Position numbers and translations under genes: made by a program. Below, piece by piece: positions 14,780 through 27,330 of a stretch of 64,000 bases of DNA; position 1 is the first letter of the stretch; each line of letters begins with the position of its first letter. The notes beneath the pieces were generated by a model. That model was not told where the DNA came from, ran no database searches, and saw nothing but the letters and a program-made list of their open reading frames with translations. Source of the stretch: the human T2T-CHM13v2.0 reference genome, Homo sapiens; the NCBI RefSeq assembly GCF_009914755.1, contig NC_060938.1. One strand, given 5' to 3'.

Positions 14780-16015
14780 TTAAGTAGATTCCCTGGGAAG
14801 AAAACCTGAAGGAAAATTTAGGAGACATTAATGTCCTTAAGATAGAAAAACACTGGGTAGAAAAGAAAGTGATGAAAAGAATGTTATGCTTAGCCAAGTC
14901 AGCCATTTGAGACAAAACTCCTCTTGTTTAAATTGCAAACTATCTATTTTGGCCAATGAATGTAGTCTTAAAGCATATTCTTAATTTCAGAAGCCTTTGT
15001 TACAAGAAAGCCAAATAATCGGGCTTTACAGTTTCAGAGCACTTTTCCTGTTTTAAAATGGCTTTGAGTTCAGAAGATGAATCATGTAATTTTGTAAGAA
15101 TTCCTTATAATGTAGTATGAAATTATGCTCACATGCTCTGAAGTGTTTCTAAATAGCTCTGGCCACATCTTGGATATTCACTGTCTGAGAATGTATAATT
15201 TAAGAAATCATAACAAGATGGCAGAATTTCATTCTAAAGGATTTTCAAGGCATTGATCTCCACTCACTTCAATGTTGTTTAAGTTCTTTTCTAAGACAGC
15301 TCTCAGCTCCTGCTACCTTCAACCCCAAAACCACAATTTTCAGAACTCTCAGGATGGGTTCTTCCAACTTGGGATGGTGGTCTGTAGCATTGTAAAGAAG
15401 GAGTTGATTCATTGAATTCTTTCCTCTTATTCAATGCCATGAATTTAGGGCCTGCCTTCTGTTCGATATTTGTTCTCAGCTTGCTGTCAGTTCCCTGCTA
15501 AGTGATTATTATGACCTTAGCTTAAGGCAGGTGGACTGACCCACCTTTCAAAAAATTTCACAAAATTTGGTGTATTTCTGGAAGGTGGGAATATTTTAGG
15601 AGGGATTTTAAATCAGAATCTTAAAGAGGTTTGTAACATTAAAAAGTGGAGAAACCAAGGAATTAAGGAATGTGCTTATTGGGCAGACATCTTGAGGACT
15701 CTAGGCTAAAGAGAAATAATGATGAAATAAATGGTGATGTGATGGGTAATTTGAGGCCTGGGAATGTTGATCAACACCCTTTAAATTCTACTATCTACAA
15801 GGCTGGTTTTGTTTGTGAGTTTTTCCAAGCAGCTAACAATTTTTTTCTTTCTCTTTCATATGAATCAGTGCTTTGGGTTTCTTAATTCATGTTTTGCTTG
15901 TAGGTATACTTCTCTTACAGGAGTTGTTTCGGTCCAGAGAAGTTGCATGAAGATGAATATGTGATAAATTGAGTACTGCTTTAACTTCTTGAGGTTGGCA
16001 GATTTTTAAAGAATT

Positions 16016-16035
16016 TGTGTGTGTGTGTGTGTGTG
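16016..16035. repeat. (TG)n microsatellite
   Basis: About 10 TG units seen directly. Confidence 0.9.
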
Positions 16036-16799
16036 AAACCTTTGTAAAGTGAAGTATGACCAAATAATTCGTTTACTTGGAAAATCCAAATTTTTCATAT
16101 ATCAACTCTACTTAAAATGGGGAGATCTTTCATAGTGCAGTCTGCACTGAACCACAGCTTTTATCTGTGAAGTCAGGGAGGGAGTCAGATTCCCTGTCCT
16201 TTCCCACACTGCAGCTGCTTCTGAATATGGTACTTATTTTCTACTTGGACATTGATTACAGTAGAACCATGTGTCTATAGAATTAATTTATAAAAAGAGA
16301 AACCTGTTCAAAAAGGAAGTTATTGGAGACTTAGAATTGCTAGATTTTTATTTTTATTTTTGGGGGAGGAAAGAATAAAAAAGCCCACAATTCTCAGCGA
16401 ACAAGATAGGTCCCTTAGTGTCATTGTAATTTTAATATTTTTAATTTCTTTATGGAGGAAATGAACATTTAGAAACAGAAGTCTCATGATATTCAACATG
16501 TTCTTTAATTTTTAAAGTTGATTTTAAAAAATACATATATGTGTTTCTGGATTATATTTGGATATATAAATATTTATGTACTCTGTTCCACTTTTTCTTT
16601 TGTCACTATTGTTTATCCTCACAGAGCATTGCAGGCACCAGCCTTCATGTGGGCCAGGCTGCGGCAAGAGTAGGGACAGCACCATGGGCTGGAGAAAGAG
16701 TGTAAATGACAACCCAAGTGTGCACAGTCCATCCGGTGCTGTTGGCTGTGTGGGTTTGGGTGGGTTTGCCTTGGATGCAGGGAAGGGGGTGGAGGAGGG

Positions 16800-17220
16800 T
16801 GAGAGCAAGCCCCAGAATCAGTACAGCATGAATGTCATTGGAGCAATAAAATGGGGAAAGGATGGAAAGAGCTAAGTTAAAGAAAATAAAGGACAAAATA
16901 CATGAGAGACAATCATGAAGTATAAAGGGGAGGAAGGCATAGGCACTAAAGTGGAGGGAGTGGGATGGTAAGTCAGAAATACTACAGTTGGTACCACTCA
17001 TCTGTGGTTGCTTCCATTTCATCATCAGAGGAGGCTGGGGTAAGGTGTGGTGGCGCAGAGAAACAGGCTTAGGCTGTAAAAGGGATGAGAGAGATACAGG
17101 GGAAGAGAGGAAGTGAGGGGAGTAGAAAATACTGTAAATGAGGGCAAAAGGTAGGATCTGAAGGGAGGGGCTGGCCTCTGTTTGCAGCATTAGGAATAGG
17201 AAGTGTTCACGTAAGACTGA
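16800..17220 (-). mobile_element. Probable L2 internal fragment
   Basis: Purine-rich segment with L2-like character (GGAGGGAGTGGGATGG...GGCTGGGGTAAGG). Boundaries uncertain. Confidence 0.35.
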
Positions 17221-17439
17221 GAGTGGAGGGTTGGCCTCAGAAAAAGTAGTTTTCTAGAGTGTTCTGCTTCTGCTTCCTAATTTGCTCTCTGCCACTGAGA
17301 ACAGGAAGGCCTGAGAAGACCCTCCTTCACTCCCCCAGCAGAGGACGGTCTGGGTGGGAACAGTGAGGCTGAGGCAGGGCTGTCCTGCTGGTGGAGACAC
17401 AGTCCCCCAGAGAGAGCCTGCGGTGTGGACAGACCATGG

Positions 17440-17590
17440 CTGTGGAGTTGGGCAGATCTGCCTCTGTGTGCTTCCTTGGTGACCTTGCCCAAGTAATTTA
17501 ACTGTTCTAAGCTTCAGACTTTTTATCTATAAGGTGGAAATGAAAATATCTACCTTCCAAGGTTGCTGCTATAAATGAGATACGGGGCAA
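17440..17590 (+). mobile_element. MIR
   Basis: Core GTGACCTTGCCCAAGTAATTTAACTGTTCTAAGCTTCAG...TCTATAA. Confidence 0.75.
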
Positions 17591-18679
17591 CATGGTTAAA
17601 CTGGATTCTTAATCTCCCCTCTGCCCCTTTTGGTAAATTGCCTAATGGATGTTGGGAATTCTTGCTCTGTTGGAATGCCCAGGGACAGCCACCAAGAAGC
17701 ACATGGTTACCTGGGGACTGGAGTAGCCTTTGGTCCATCATGGGCCTGGTCCCAGTTTCACCTACTCTAGTGGTGACAGAACTTTTGCTATTGGGGAGGC
17801 ATAGGCATCTCCAAGACAAGTGGCCTGCAGTGCCAAGGTGCCCAGGATGGCATCAAAGTGAGCAGTGTATGGCTTATGCATCTTTTTGGGTTAACCCCTG
17901 TTTAATTTTTCTACAATCCAAATGTATACAAAGATAAACATGGCCAATTGACTTCCAACTTTTAATTTTGACTGTAATAATTATATACTTTCTCTAAAAG
18001 ATACCTGTAGACCTCTATGCCATCGAGTCAATTATAAATAACAGTGGAATAACTGAAAATTGCTTGCTGTTGGGGGGCCTGGAAACTTTGACTAGTACTC
18101 TTAAATTCTATAAGCTGGCCTTGCCTTCAGGTTCTTAAAATTAGCCCAGTTCTGTCTTTCTCTTTCATATGAGTAAATGAATTTTGGTGTCTTGAACTTC
18201 TGTTTCATCTGCGCGTGCACTTTTCTTCTCTTCAAGCTTAGGGTTGAGATTTCATTCATTTCCCTCTACTACTACACTCTTCGTTCATGTGCTCATGCTC
18301 ATCTTCCTCCTTTTCAATTCTTAGTTACTAGATTTGGGCTCTTATCCACTCTGCTTTTCTGAGACTCGGTTTTTGGATCTGTAAAATGGAGCTAATATTA
18401 CCTTTTTTTCCCCCAAGCTATTGTGAAGATTAAATGAAATGATGTAGTTGTTAAGCTACATAAAAGGCCCTCAACAAATAATAATCATGAACAAAAACAT
18501 TGTAGAATGAGATTCTAAATATATTTATATTATTAATTTGCAAAAAGTGAGATAAGAGATGAAGCAGAAAAGGCAACTCAACTAAGATTGAGGAGTGTAT
18601 GTGTATTCATTTGGAATATCTTGTCCCAAATACATTTTCTGAGAATTTTCCTCTTAACTATATTGTTGCTGGGGAAGCA

Positions 18680-19035
18680 GTCACCATGTGGCCGGTTCCT
18701 GGTCTGTAGGTAATTTTTTCAAGGATGGGCACCTGAACTAGACTAGGTCAGTGAGTCTATTCCTTGGAATCTTTGGAATTCATGAGGAAGTTAAGGAAGT
18801 GGGTTGAGAAGGAAAGAGAGCCAAGCGCAGTAGAGCAGCTAGAGTAGAGGAAAGAGGCAGCAAGGCTCCGGACAAGGCTTGAACCCCAGTTCCATCTGGT
18901 TCTGATGCCTGGCTATATTTCTGTCCTTGGGTTCCTTGAGGTACCCCTGTATCTTTGTAGTGATTATTCTCCCTTTTGCTTATACTAATTTGAGGTGAAG
19001 TTCTGTTGCTTGCAACTAAGGGCCCTAACTAATAT
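18680..19035 (+). mobile_element. Old MLT1 (J/K/L-like) LTR
   Basis: Terminus TTCTGTTGCTTGCAACTAAGGGCCCTAACTAATATA matches the old MLT1 3' end. Confidence 0.65.
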
Positions 19036-19137
19036 AATGATCAACTAGATATAAAAATTTCTCAGGACCTCAAGAGCAGGGTAAACTGAATTATCTATAA
19101 GGTCTCTTTGATTTCTGTGATTTTATTTAATTTTAAA

Positions 19138-19368
19138 TTTTTTTTTTTTTTTGAGATGGAGTCTGACTCTGTCACCCAGGCTGGAGTGCAACGGCATGAT
19201 CTTGGCTCACTGCAACCCATCATCATGGCCGGCTAATTTTTGTATTTTTGTAGAGTTGAGGTTTCACCATGTTGGCCAGACTGGTCTTGAACTCCTCACC
19301 TCAGGTGATCCACCTGCCTCAGCCTCCCAAAGTGCTAGGATTACAGGTGTGAGCCACCGCTTCCAGTC
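19138..19368 (-). mobile_element. AluS with ~60-bp internal deletion in the right monomer
   Basis: TGCAACC is joined directly to CATCATCATGGCCGGCTAATTTT, so the TCCGCCTCC...ACAGGCGC block is missing. Confidence 0.9.
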
Positions 19369-19671
<303 letters not shown>

Positions 19672-19689
19672 TGATTTCTGTGATTTTAA

Positions 19690-19690
<1 letters not shown>

Positions 19691-19724
<34 letters not shown>

Positions 19725-19737
19725 GTGTGTGTGTGTG
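19691..19737. repeat. Interrupted (TG)n microsatellite
   Basis: Seen directly. Confidence 0.95.
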
Positions 19738-20609
19738 AAGAAAGTGATGGTAGGGTCTGGGCAATCACAAGGTTCTTTATCTGTTGCCAGATAAATGCAG
19801 AATAGACCACAAATGATAAATGAAACTAAAAAATGTAATTTTATGGACAGTAAACTGTTGAGGGGGTTGCAAGCTGCATACATGCTATGGTTACATAAGA
19901 ATTAGCAACACAGCTTTTGATTACTTTCCTCGAGTTACTTTTTAGCTCTAGATGTTTAGGAGCACGGTGTAAAGGTGGCAGAGAAAGGTTTCAAATAATC
20001 ATTCTAGGAAAACAAGGAAATACAATTGGGAATTGGTAAGTCTGATTCTCCAGAGTGAGATGATGCTAGCGTCATATGATTGTCCCTGAACCCTGAATCT
20101 AGGATAGCTCTTTTCAGATAATTTCTGAGAGATGAGGGGTGTCCTGCCTTTGAAATGGGAAGGACAGATGCCCTGCAGCTGTCCCTTCAGAAGGAAATGT
20201 GCCAGGTGCAAGATGCCATATTGGCCTCTTGACGATGACTTATGAGCTCTGAGCTTCAATTACCATGAGCTTGATGGAGATGTCATTTGTCATTGTTTCA
20301 GGAGATGTGCTTTGAAATATTTGAAAAAATAAAACTCAGCCTTATCTTATTAATTGTTTATTTTTAAGGGATCTTTGTGCTTATCACTTTAGATGGGTGA
20401 CTTTTGTTGCCTTATCTATGCTCTGAAAGAATAGTTGACTATCTGCCTTTTAGCTGGGGTTAGCTTTCACCTAGTCTAAATTAACTCAGTTTTGCTCCCT
20501 ACTACACATGAAAAAGCCACTAATTTATCAATAAGTACTGTTATGTTCAGCTGATAGGGTGGAGCCATCTGTCTATGGGGGTAATACTCTCTTCTCCCAC
20601 AAGCTTTCT

Positions 20610-20825
20610 TGGGTAGTGGCTAAGAGCCCAGACTCTGTCACAGGACTGCCTGGGTTTAAATCCTAGCTGTGCCACTTATTTGTGTCACCTTAGACAAGTT
20701 ACTTAATATATCCGTAGTTCCTAATTTATAATGTGAGGACAATGACCTCAACTGAATGGGTAAATATATGTCAAGCACTTCGAACAGTGCCTGGCACATG
20801 GCAAATGCTATGCAAATGTTTGGTA
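20610..20825 (+). mobile_element. MIR
   Basis: GACTGCCTGGGTTTAAATCCTAGCTGTGCCACTTA...AACAGTGCCTGGCACATGG. Confidence 0.85.
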
Positions 20826-20950
20826 AGTGACTTATTTCTCCATTAGAATAAATTTAAACATCAAGTCTTCTTCCTCCAACCAGAGATTGCCTAAAACCAC
20901 ACAAAGACAAAATTTGTTTGGTATCTGATGCTCATGTAAGAATGGATCCT

Positions 20951-21424
<474 letters not shown>

Positions 21425-21949
21425 TCATAGTTCCTACTGTCATCTCTCTGGAATCCTACAAGCCAGGGTTTCCTAGGGAAACTCCCAGTCAGAACTGTGA
21501 TGCTTTTTCCACTACAATGGCTCAATTGTAGAGTGGGTTGGAAATAGGCAGACTTCTGATTCTTCACAGCATGTTGATAGAGAATAGGCTTCAGGTAAAA
21601 GAAATTACCAATCATTTTTCATTATCCAAGGTATCACTCACCCACTCCAAGGAACACGACTGCGGCAGCTGTGAGGATGCCAAGCATCAGGCCCCAAACC
21701 ATCTGGCAGATCAGAAGGGGCATTTTCTGGCTTGGGGAAGCTGACATTCAGTAAATTGTTAGTGCTGGCTCCCACAGTGATCAGCCTGGCTTCAGGCAAT
21801 GGCAAGTTATGGTGGGCAAAATGAAGCCTTGATATACAGGTTGCACAATCTTAAGAGATTTTTGGTTTTTTTTGTTTTTGTTTTTTTGCATGGCATTTTC
21901 TTTCCCAAAAGGATGACTTGAGAAGCTTTTGTATACATTGTCTTGTTAC

Positions 21950-22310
21950 ATTGGTGGGTGACAATTTTCTATGGGTCTCTCATGTTTCTGCATGTCTTGT
22001 GAGCAAAGACACTGCCTACAGATAGCAGATATATTGTCTTTTCAAGAATATGTGTTTAGAGATAAGCCTGAAGTTACTGTCTCTCTCTTGAGCAAAGGGC
22101 AGGCATGCTTCGAATCTAATCTAATAAAGATAGTATCTTCCTCTGAAGAAAAAGGCAGATATGCTGATGCTATCCATTGTGAAAATTGTGGGCTTCCTCA
22201 GAGCAGGATCCCTCTCCTGTGATGCAACCCACGATGTGTGCAGATATTTATCATTCTCTCTTTAGATGGTCTCAAAATTGGAAGTCGGGGCTTGAGGACT
22301 GGCAGAGATT
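21950..22310 (+). mobile_element. ERVL-class LTR (MER76-like)
   Basis: GACAATTTTCTATGGGTCTCTCATGTTTCTGCATGTCTTGTGAGCA start and repeated GAGCAAAGGGCAGG-type blocks. Subfamily from recall. Confidence 0.55.
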
Positions 22311-22515
22311 TTTGACCTGCATTCTTTCTAAGCTTATTGAGGTTGTGGAGCATATTCATAGCACCAGCGATTCAAACAACTGAATGTAATTCTCAATGGT
22401 GCATTCTAGCTGTATAGATCCAAAATCTTTTTTTTTTCTGCCAGCTTCCTGCTGTATGTCTTTTTATTTCTGTTCAAAAATGGAATATTTTGGTCAAGTT
22501 TCAAGATTTAATATG

Positions 22516-22820
22516 GGCCGGGCGCGGTGGCTCACGCCTGTAATCCCAGCACTTTGGGAGGCTGAGGCACGTGGATCACGAGGTCAGGAGATTGAGACCA
22601 TCCTGGCTAACACGGTGAAACCCCGTCTCTACTAAAAATACAAAAATTAGCCGGGCGTGGTGGAGTGTGCCTGTAGTCTCAGCTACTCGGGAGGCTGAGG
22701 CAGGAGAATGGTGGGTGAACCTGGGAGGTGGAGGTTGCAGTGAGCCAAGATCGCGCCACTGCACTCCAGCCTGGGTGACAGAGTGAGACTCTGTCTCTTA
22801 AAAAAAAAAAAAAAAAAAAA
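22516..22820 (+). mobile_element. AluY/Sc-like SINE
   Basis: GAGACCATCCTGGCTAACACGG. TSD AAGATTTAATATG at 22503-22515 and 22820-22832. Confidence 0.95.
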
Positions 22821-23099
22821 AGATTTAATATGATAACTTGTACATTATTATGTCTTTCCTATAAAAAAATCTACTTCCCTTCCCTGAGATCCATCCTGGT
22901 TTTACTTTTCTCCCCCTCCAAGAAAGAGTTCAGCCTTTCTAAGGTTCCATTCCTGGACAACAGTTCCGCATTTGCTTAGTTCCATAAATAGTAAGTAACT
23001 GAATAGGGCCTTTTTAATCCTATCCAAGGTATGTCTGAATCCAAATCTTATGTGCTTTCTGCTACATCGTTCTGCCTTTCCATAATGAAAAGAGCAACC

Positions 23100-23650
23100 A
23101 CAAATATTTATTGAAGATTCATTCTGGCCAGGCACTGAAATAAGAACTTCACTTGTATTCTCTTCCCTGATCCTTGTAACAATTCCAATGGGGTAGATTC
23201 TGTTATTATCATTTTCACACAGATGAAAAAACTAAGGCTTAGAAAGTTATCTACTGTGTGCTAAGACAGCTAGTAACTGATGGGGACGAATGGGAACTCA
23301 AGTCTGTCTTCTTTTTTTTTTTTTTTTTTTGAGACGGGGTCTTGCTCTGTTAGCCAGGCTGGAGTGCAGTGGCGCGATCTCGCTCACTGCAAGCTCCGCC
23401 TCCTGGGTTCACGCCCTTCTCCTGCCTCAGCCTCCCGAGTAGCTGGGACTGCAGGCGCCCACCACCACGCCCGGCTAATTTTTTGTATTTTTAGTAGAGA
23501 CGGGGTTTCACTGTGTTAGCTGGGATGGTCTTGATCTCCTGACCTCGTGATCCACGTGCCTCGGCCTCCCAAAGTGCTAGGATTACAGACGTGAGCCACC
23601 GCGCCCGGCCAAATCTGTCTTCTTAACAACCAGGCTGCATTGCCTCCCAG
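23100..23650 (-). mobile_element. MIR interrupted by the AluY at 23314-23610
   Basis: CCATTTTCACACAGATGAAAAAACTAAGGCTTAGAAAGTTA before the Alu; resumes TCTTAACAACCAGGCTGCATTGCCTCCC after it. Confidence 0.7.
23314..23610 (-). mobile_element. AluY SINE
   Basis: GCAAGCTCCGCCTCC and GTTCACGCC diagnostics, CpG-rich. TSD AA(G/A)TCTGTCTTCTT at 23300-23313 and 23611-23624. Confidence 0.95.
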
Positions 23651-23688
23651 GAAGGTCCTGCCCAATTGGTATCCAAATAACATGTAAA

Positions 23689-23748
23689 TGAAGGATGCTT
23701 TATGGAAATGAATTATACTGAAGGAGGCTTTATTGAAATGAATTATAC
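23689..23748. repeat. 30-bp tandem duplication (2 copies, 2 mismatches)
   Basis: TGAAGGATGCTTTATGGAAATGAATTATAC / TGAAGGAGGCTTTATTGAAATGAATTATAC. Confidence 0.9.
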
Positions 23749-24184
23749 TACCCACAAAATATTCATTTTAGGTTTTAAAGGTGTCCTAAAGCTAATTGCA
23801 ATGAACTGAAAATTACATAGTCTTGATTCTCTATTGTGAAGAATCTTCAAGAAGAAACAGTTATACCCCTTGTTAAATTTTTCAGACTTGCTATCTTGGC
23901 ATTTAATAATTTATACCAGTTAAGATCTTTTCCCTCTACTAATGATGACTATTGAGTAATTTATTAATCTTGGTTTGGTCATATTGAAACTACGTTGCTT
24001 TTATAGTGGTGCTAGTAGTAGAATAAAATAATTAAATCATAATAAAACTGGGCATCTATTTTCTCATTTATACCAGTGCCAGGTATAAATGACTATCAAA
24101 TCGCCCATCAACTAAGAATGATTTTTAAAATCTCTTTGTTTGCTTGCTTGCACAAGCTTTATATTGCATGGTATTATTTTATTT

Positions 24185-25717
24185 TTTCTTTTTTTTTGGA
24201 AACGTAAGTATAAATTTACTATCCACCTAGTGGTAGCTAGGTAAAATTGCAGGCATAATGATAAGAAATAATCAGCTTTGTAGTTCTCATCTTCAAACCC
24301 AAACCTGTAAGGGGGAGGACAGACTCAAACGTCTCAGGGACCAGGCAGATAATACAAATAAATGAAATAGGCCAGGTGAGAGAGTACAAGTCTTGCCAAA
24401 AGGAGCAACCCCTATTTAGCTTCGATTGATTGTCCTTTTCTGAAAAGCAGATGAGAATTGCCATACGTTCTGACTGATCGAGAGAGGCCAGAAATTCTAA
24501 TTTTGATGTGAAACCTCTTGATTTCTTAGATGGTGGTTCAATTTTCTTGAAAACACTAGGTAGGCTAAATGAAGCTGACAGTCCACCAGTTTTCAATGCT
24601 CCTCTGTGCAGAGTGAATGGCATCTCCCCTAACTGTGGTATTAGACTGCCACTCACAAGCCACAATTTGCAATTGCAACAGAGGCACAAACTGACAGAGA
24701 TCTCCTGCTTTACTATGCACACACAGCTGAACTCTTGAGCCGTGGAGAACAACTAATTCTACAGGAAAAAGTGGAAGGCTAATCTGAGCCACCCAGTGAT
24801 GGCGGCAGGGGTCTTCAGGACTAGCTGCTGGTCTGTAGGCGCTAAATTGCAGACTGCTCCTGCAGGAAGCCTTCAGGGCCTGGGAGGCCTTTATCTGGCT
24901 CAAAAGCTAGGGCTACTTCTCGAAGGACTTCCAAATGCTCCTCAGCAGCTGATAGTGACTGGTCAATCCACTCCAGGCCCCCCGTCAGATGGCAGGCATT
25001 CCTTGTCACCAGCACCAGGCGACTGACAGACAGGAGCAGGGTAGTCGTCCCTGTGTCCAGGAGCTTGGGGTCCAACGGAGGGTACATCGACTTCACAACA
25101 TCATCTACCCTGGGGCTGTTCCACTTGGCCACCACAATCATGTCGCTGACAATGGCTGAAGTCTTCATCTTGGCCCCAGAGCCCATTGTCATGGCAACAA
25201 GCTTCTCTGTCAGAGTGTGACAAATCTTCAAGATGGCAATGCAGTGGGACATGAGACCCGAGGCATCTTCGATCCAGTCTTTGTTCTCCAGAATGGCCTC
25301 AATGTGGGGGTTGGTGATAACAACGTCATCCAGTTCTAAGAGGGCTCAGACTGGGTCGCCATGGCACTGATGAGGTCCACAATGGGCTTAGAATCATAGC
25401 GCTGCCGCAGGTCTCGGGGCTGGTAGTAGCGCTGCCTGCAAACCAGCACCAAGGCTGCAAACGAAGCCAGAAAGATGGTGGCCAGCACACCTATGGCAAC
25501 TATCACCACGGTCTCCATGCTTCCGGGGAGCTCCTGACTCAGTCCCGTTCACATCGTCCTCATGGGCTAAGGCTGCTGGAAGTGGCAAACTGGGGGAAGA
25601 GGATGGCAGGAGCTAGGTTCCTCCACGACACCTCCAGAGACCTGAGGGCCTCAAGCTGCAGCTCCGGGGCACATCCCGCTGCGCTCCCACGACGGCCCCG
25701 CGGATGGCAAAGTCAGC
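24185..25717 (-). pseudogene. TMEM98: Processed pseudogene of TMEM98 (transmembrane protein 98): 5' UTR, intronless CDS 25518-24842, 3' UTR and poly(A)
   Basis: ORF 25336-25518 (METVVIVAIGVLATIFLASFAALVLVCRQRY...QSEPS) and ORF 24842-25252 (MSHCIAILK...EGFLQEQSAI) are the N- and C-terminal parts of TMEM98. The CDS spans 677 nt versus 681 expected for 226 aa, i.e. a 4-nt deletion at codons 60-61 creating TAG. No introns; poly(T) on the plus strand ~24185-24197; TSD GGTATTATTTT(A/C)TTT at 24170-24184 and 25718-25732. The symbol is that of the parent gene. Confidence 0.95.
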
Positions 25718-25879
25718 GGTATTATTTTCTTTAATTCCTTTGTTAGAGCTCTTAAGTTTCATCCCGTAAATGGTACATTATTTGAGCTTTATCTGTATGT
25801 TATAATATTTATGAACCATTATTCCAGACAAAGGAAAGAAAGCCTTACCAAGGCCCATTAGATGCTTCGCAGTATTCCA

Positions 25880-26100
25880 GAGGCAGCATAGTAGGCAAAA
25901 AAGAATTGTGGTGGGTTAAATATGGGTCCAAGCTCAGTGTCTCTATTTACCATTGGAGTGATTCTGGTGAATTTCTTAATCCCTATAAGCCTCAGTTTTT
26001 CACCTATGAAATGGGATAATATTATCTAGCCTATAGCGTCTTTGTGAGCATTAGAAAGAATATGTATAAGTTAACTGGCGTGTATTAGGTGCTCAAGAAG
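25880..26100 (+). mobile_element. MIR
   Basis: AGAGGCAGCATAG...CTTAATCCCTATAAGCCTCAGTTTTTCACCTATGAAATGGGATAAT. Confidence 0.75.
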
Positions 26101-27149
26101 CTGAACAATAATCACTGTTGTTTCTCAGATAATTATTATCGCTACTATTAATCTCTCATTATTTATCAATGCCCCTATATCTCTGTGGATCTATTTAGAT
26201 GTATAGACATGAGGTCTTACTAACTAAATGATAATCATAGAAATATTCCTTGTTATTACATTTTTTTCAAGCAAATTTAAATATTTTTCTCACTTTCTAC
26301 TTTCATGAAAGTTAAATTAACGTTCTCTGGGTGCAAATATATATTCAACCATAAGTAGATATTTCTTACCAAGCATTTAATTCATTAAATTTCAACTTTA
26401 AACATTAAAGATTTCAAACTGTAAATATTAATTTCAAACTTTAAACATTAATAAATTGGACCATAAACCTCTCTTAATTTGAAAATTTTGAACCTTGAGG
26501 CATTAATATGAATTGTCTTGGCCCTGCCACCAGCTGAGATGCCTAGCTTCCTCTATGGCATATGACTACTGTATTTCTATGGCAACTGCTTTAGCATTTT
26601 GCAAGGGTCAAAAGAACCCATTTTGATATGTTAAAGGCAAAAAACAGCAACAGTCATTTAACATCAATTTTAGTCTTATCTCTAATGTTTCCCTTCTATT
26701 CAAACACTTCCTTCAATTAACTCCATACTAGATTTCGAAAACAAGTCGTTTCCTTGTTTCATTTTATTCCCTTTTCTTAGAAAGTCACCTCTCTTCTTTT
26801 CCCTTATTGAAATTCTATCCATCCTTGGAGGGAGAGCTACAATGTCATTTTCCTGGAGGCCCATCCCACTATTACACAAGACAGGTTACCTACCTTTGTA
26901 ACATTGAGGTTTTTCTGCTAATTAGACTCTTAGCTCAGATATATTTAGGTTGGTGAGTCATTTGTGCACTTTGTTCTTCCAGAGAAAAACATTGTTGTCT
27001 GCATGTCTTTATGTGTGCATAGTGCGTGAGAGAGCCCTTTACAATCATAAATGCTCAATCTAGGTTAATCGAAAGAATAAATAAATAACGAATGATTTGT
27101 TTGGAAATAAAACAAACACTGGCTGGGGTAGCAGCGAAGCTGTAAAAGG

Positions 27150-27330
27150 CTAGGCTGGGGACCTAGTCTGGTTGCCTGTTACATGCATGGCTTGGGAAAA
27201 TAATTTAACCTCTCTGAACTCAGTTTCTTCATCTGTAAAAACATAAGTGATCCTGCCTCCGTCCTTTCCCTGTATACTTATGGGATAGTTGTGGGAACCA
27301 AATAAAGAAATGCATGCAGACTGTAAATGC
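27150..27330 (+). mobile_element. MIR
   Basis: TTTAACCTCTCTGAACTCAGTTTCTTCATCTGTAAAA. Confidence 0.7.

Noticed and set aside
16645-17190. 181-aa minus-strand ORF
   Set aside because: Low-complexity S/L/P/F-rich reading of a purine-rich, probably L2-derived segment.
24237-24752. 171-aa minus-strand ORF
   Set aside because: Lies entirely in the retrocopied TMEM98 3' UTR, has a non-ATG start and resembles no protein I recognise.
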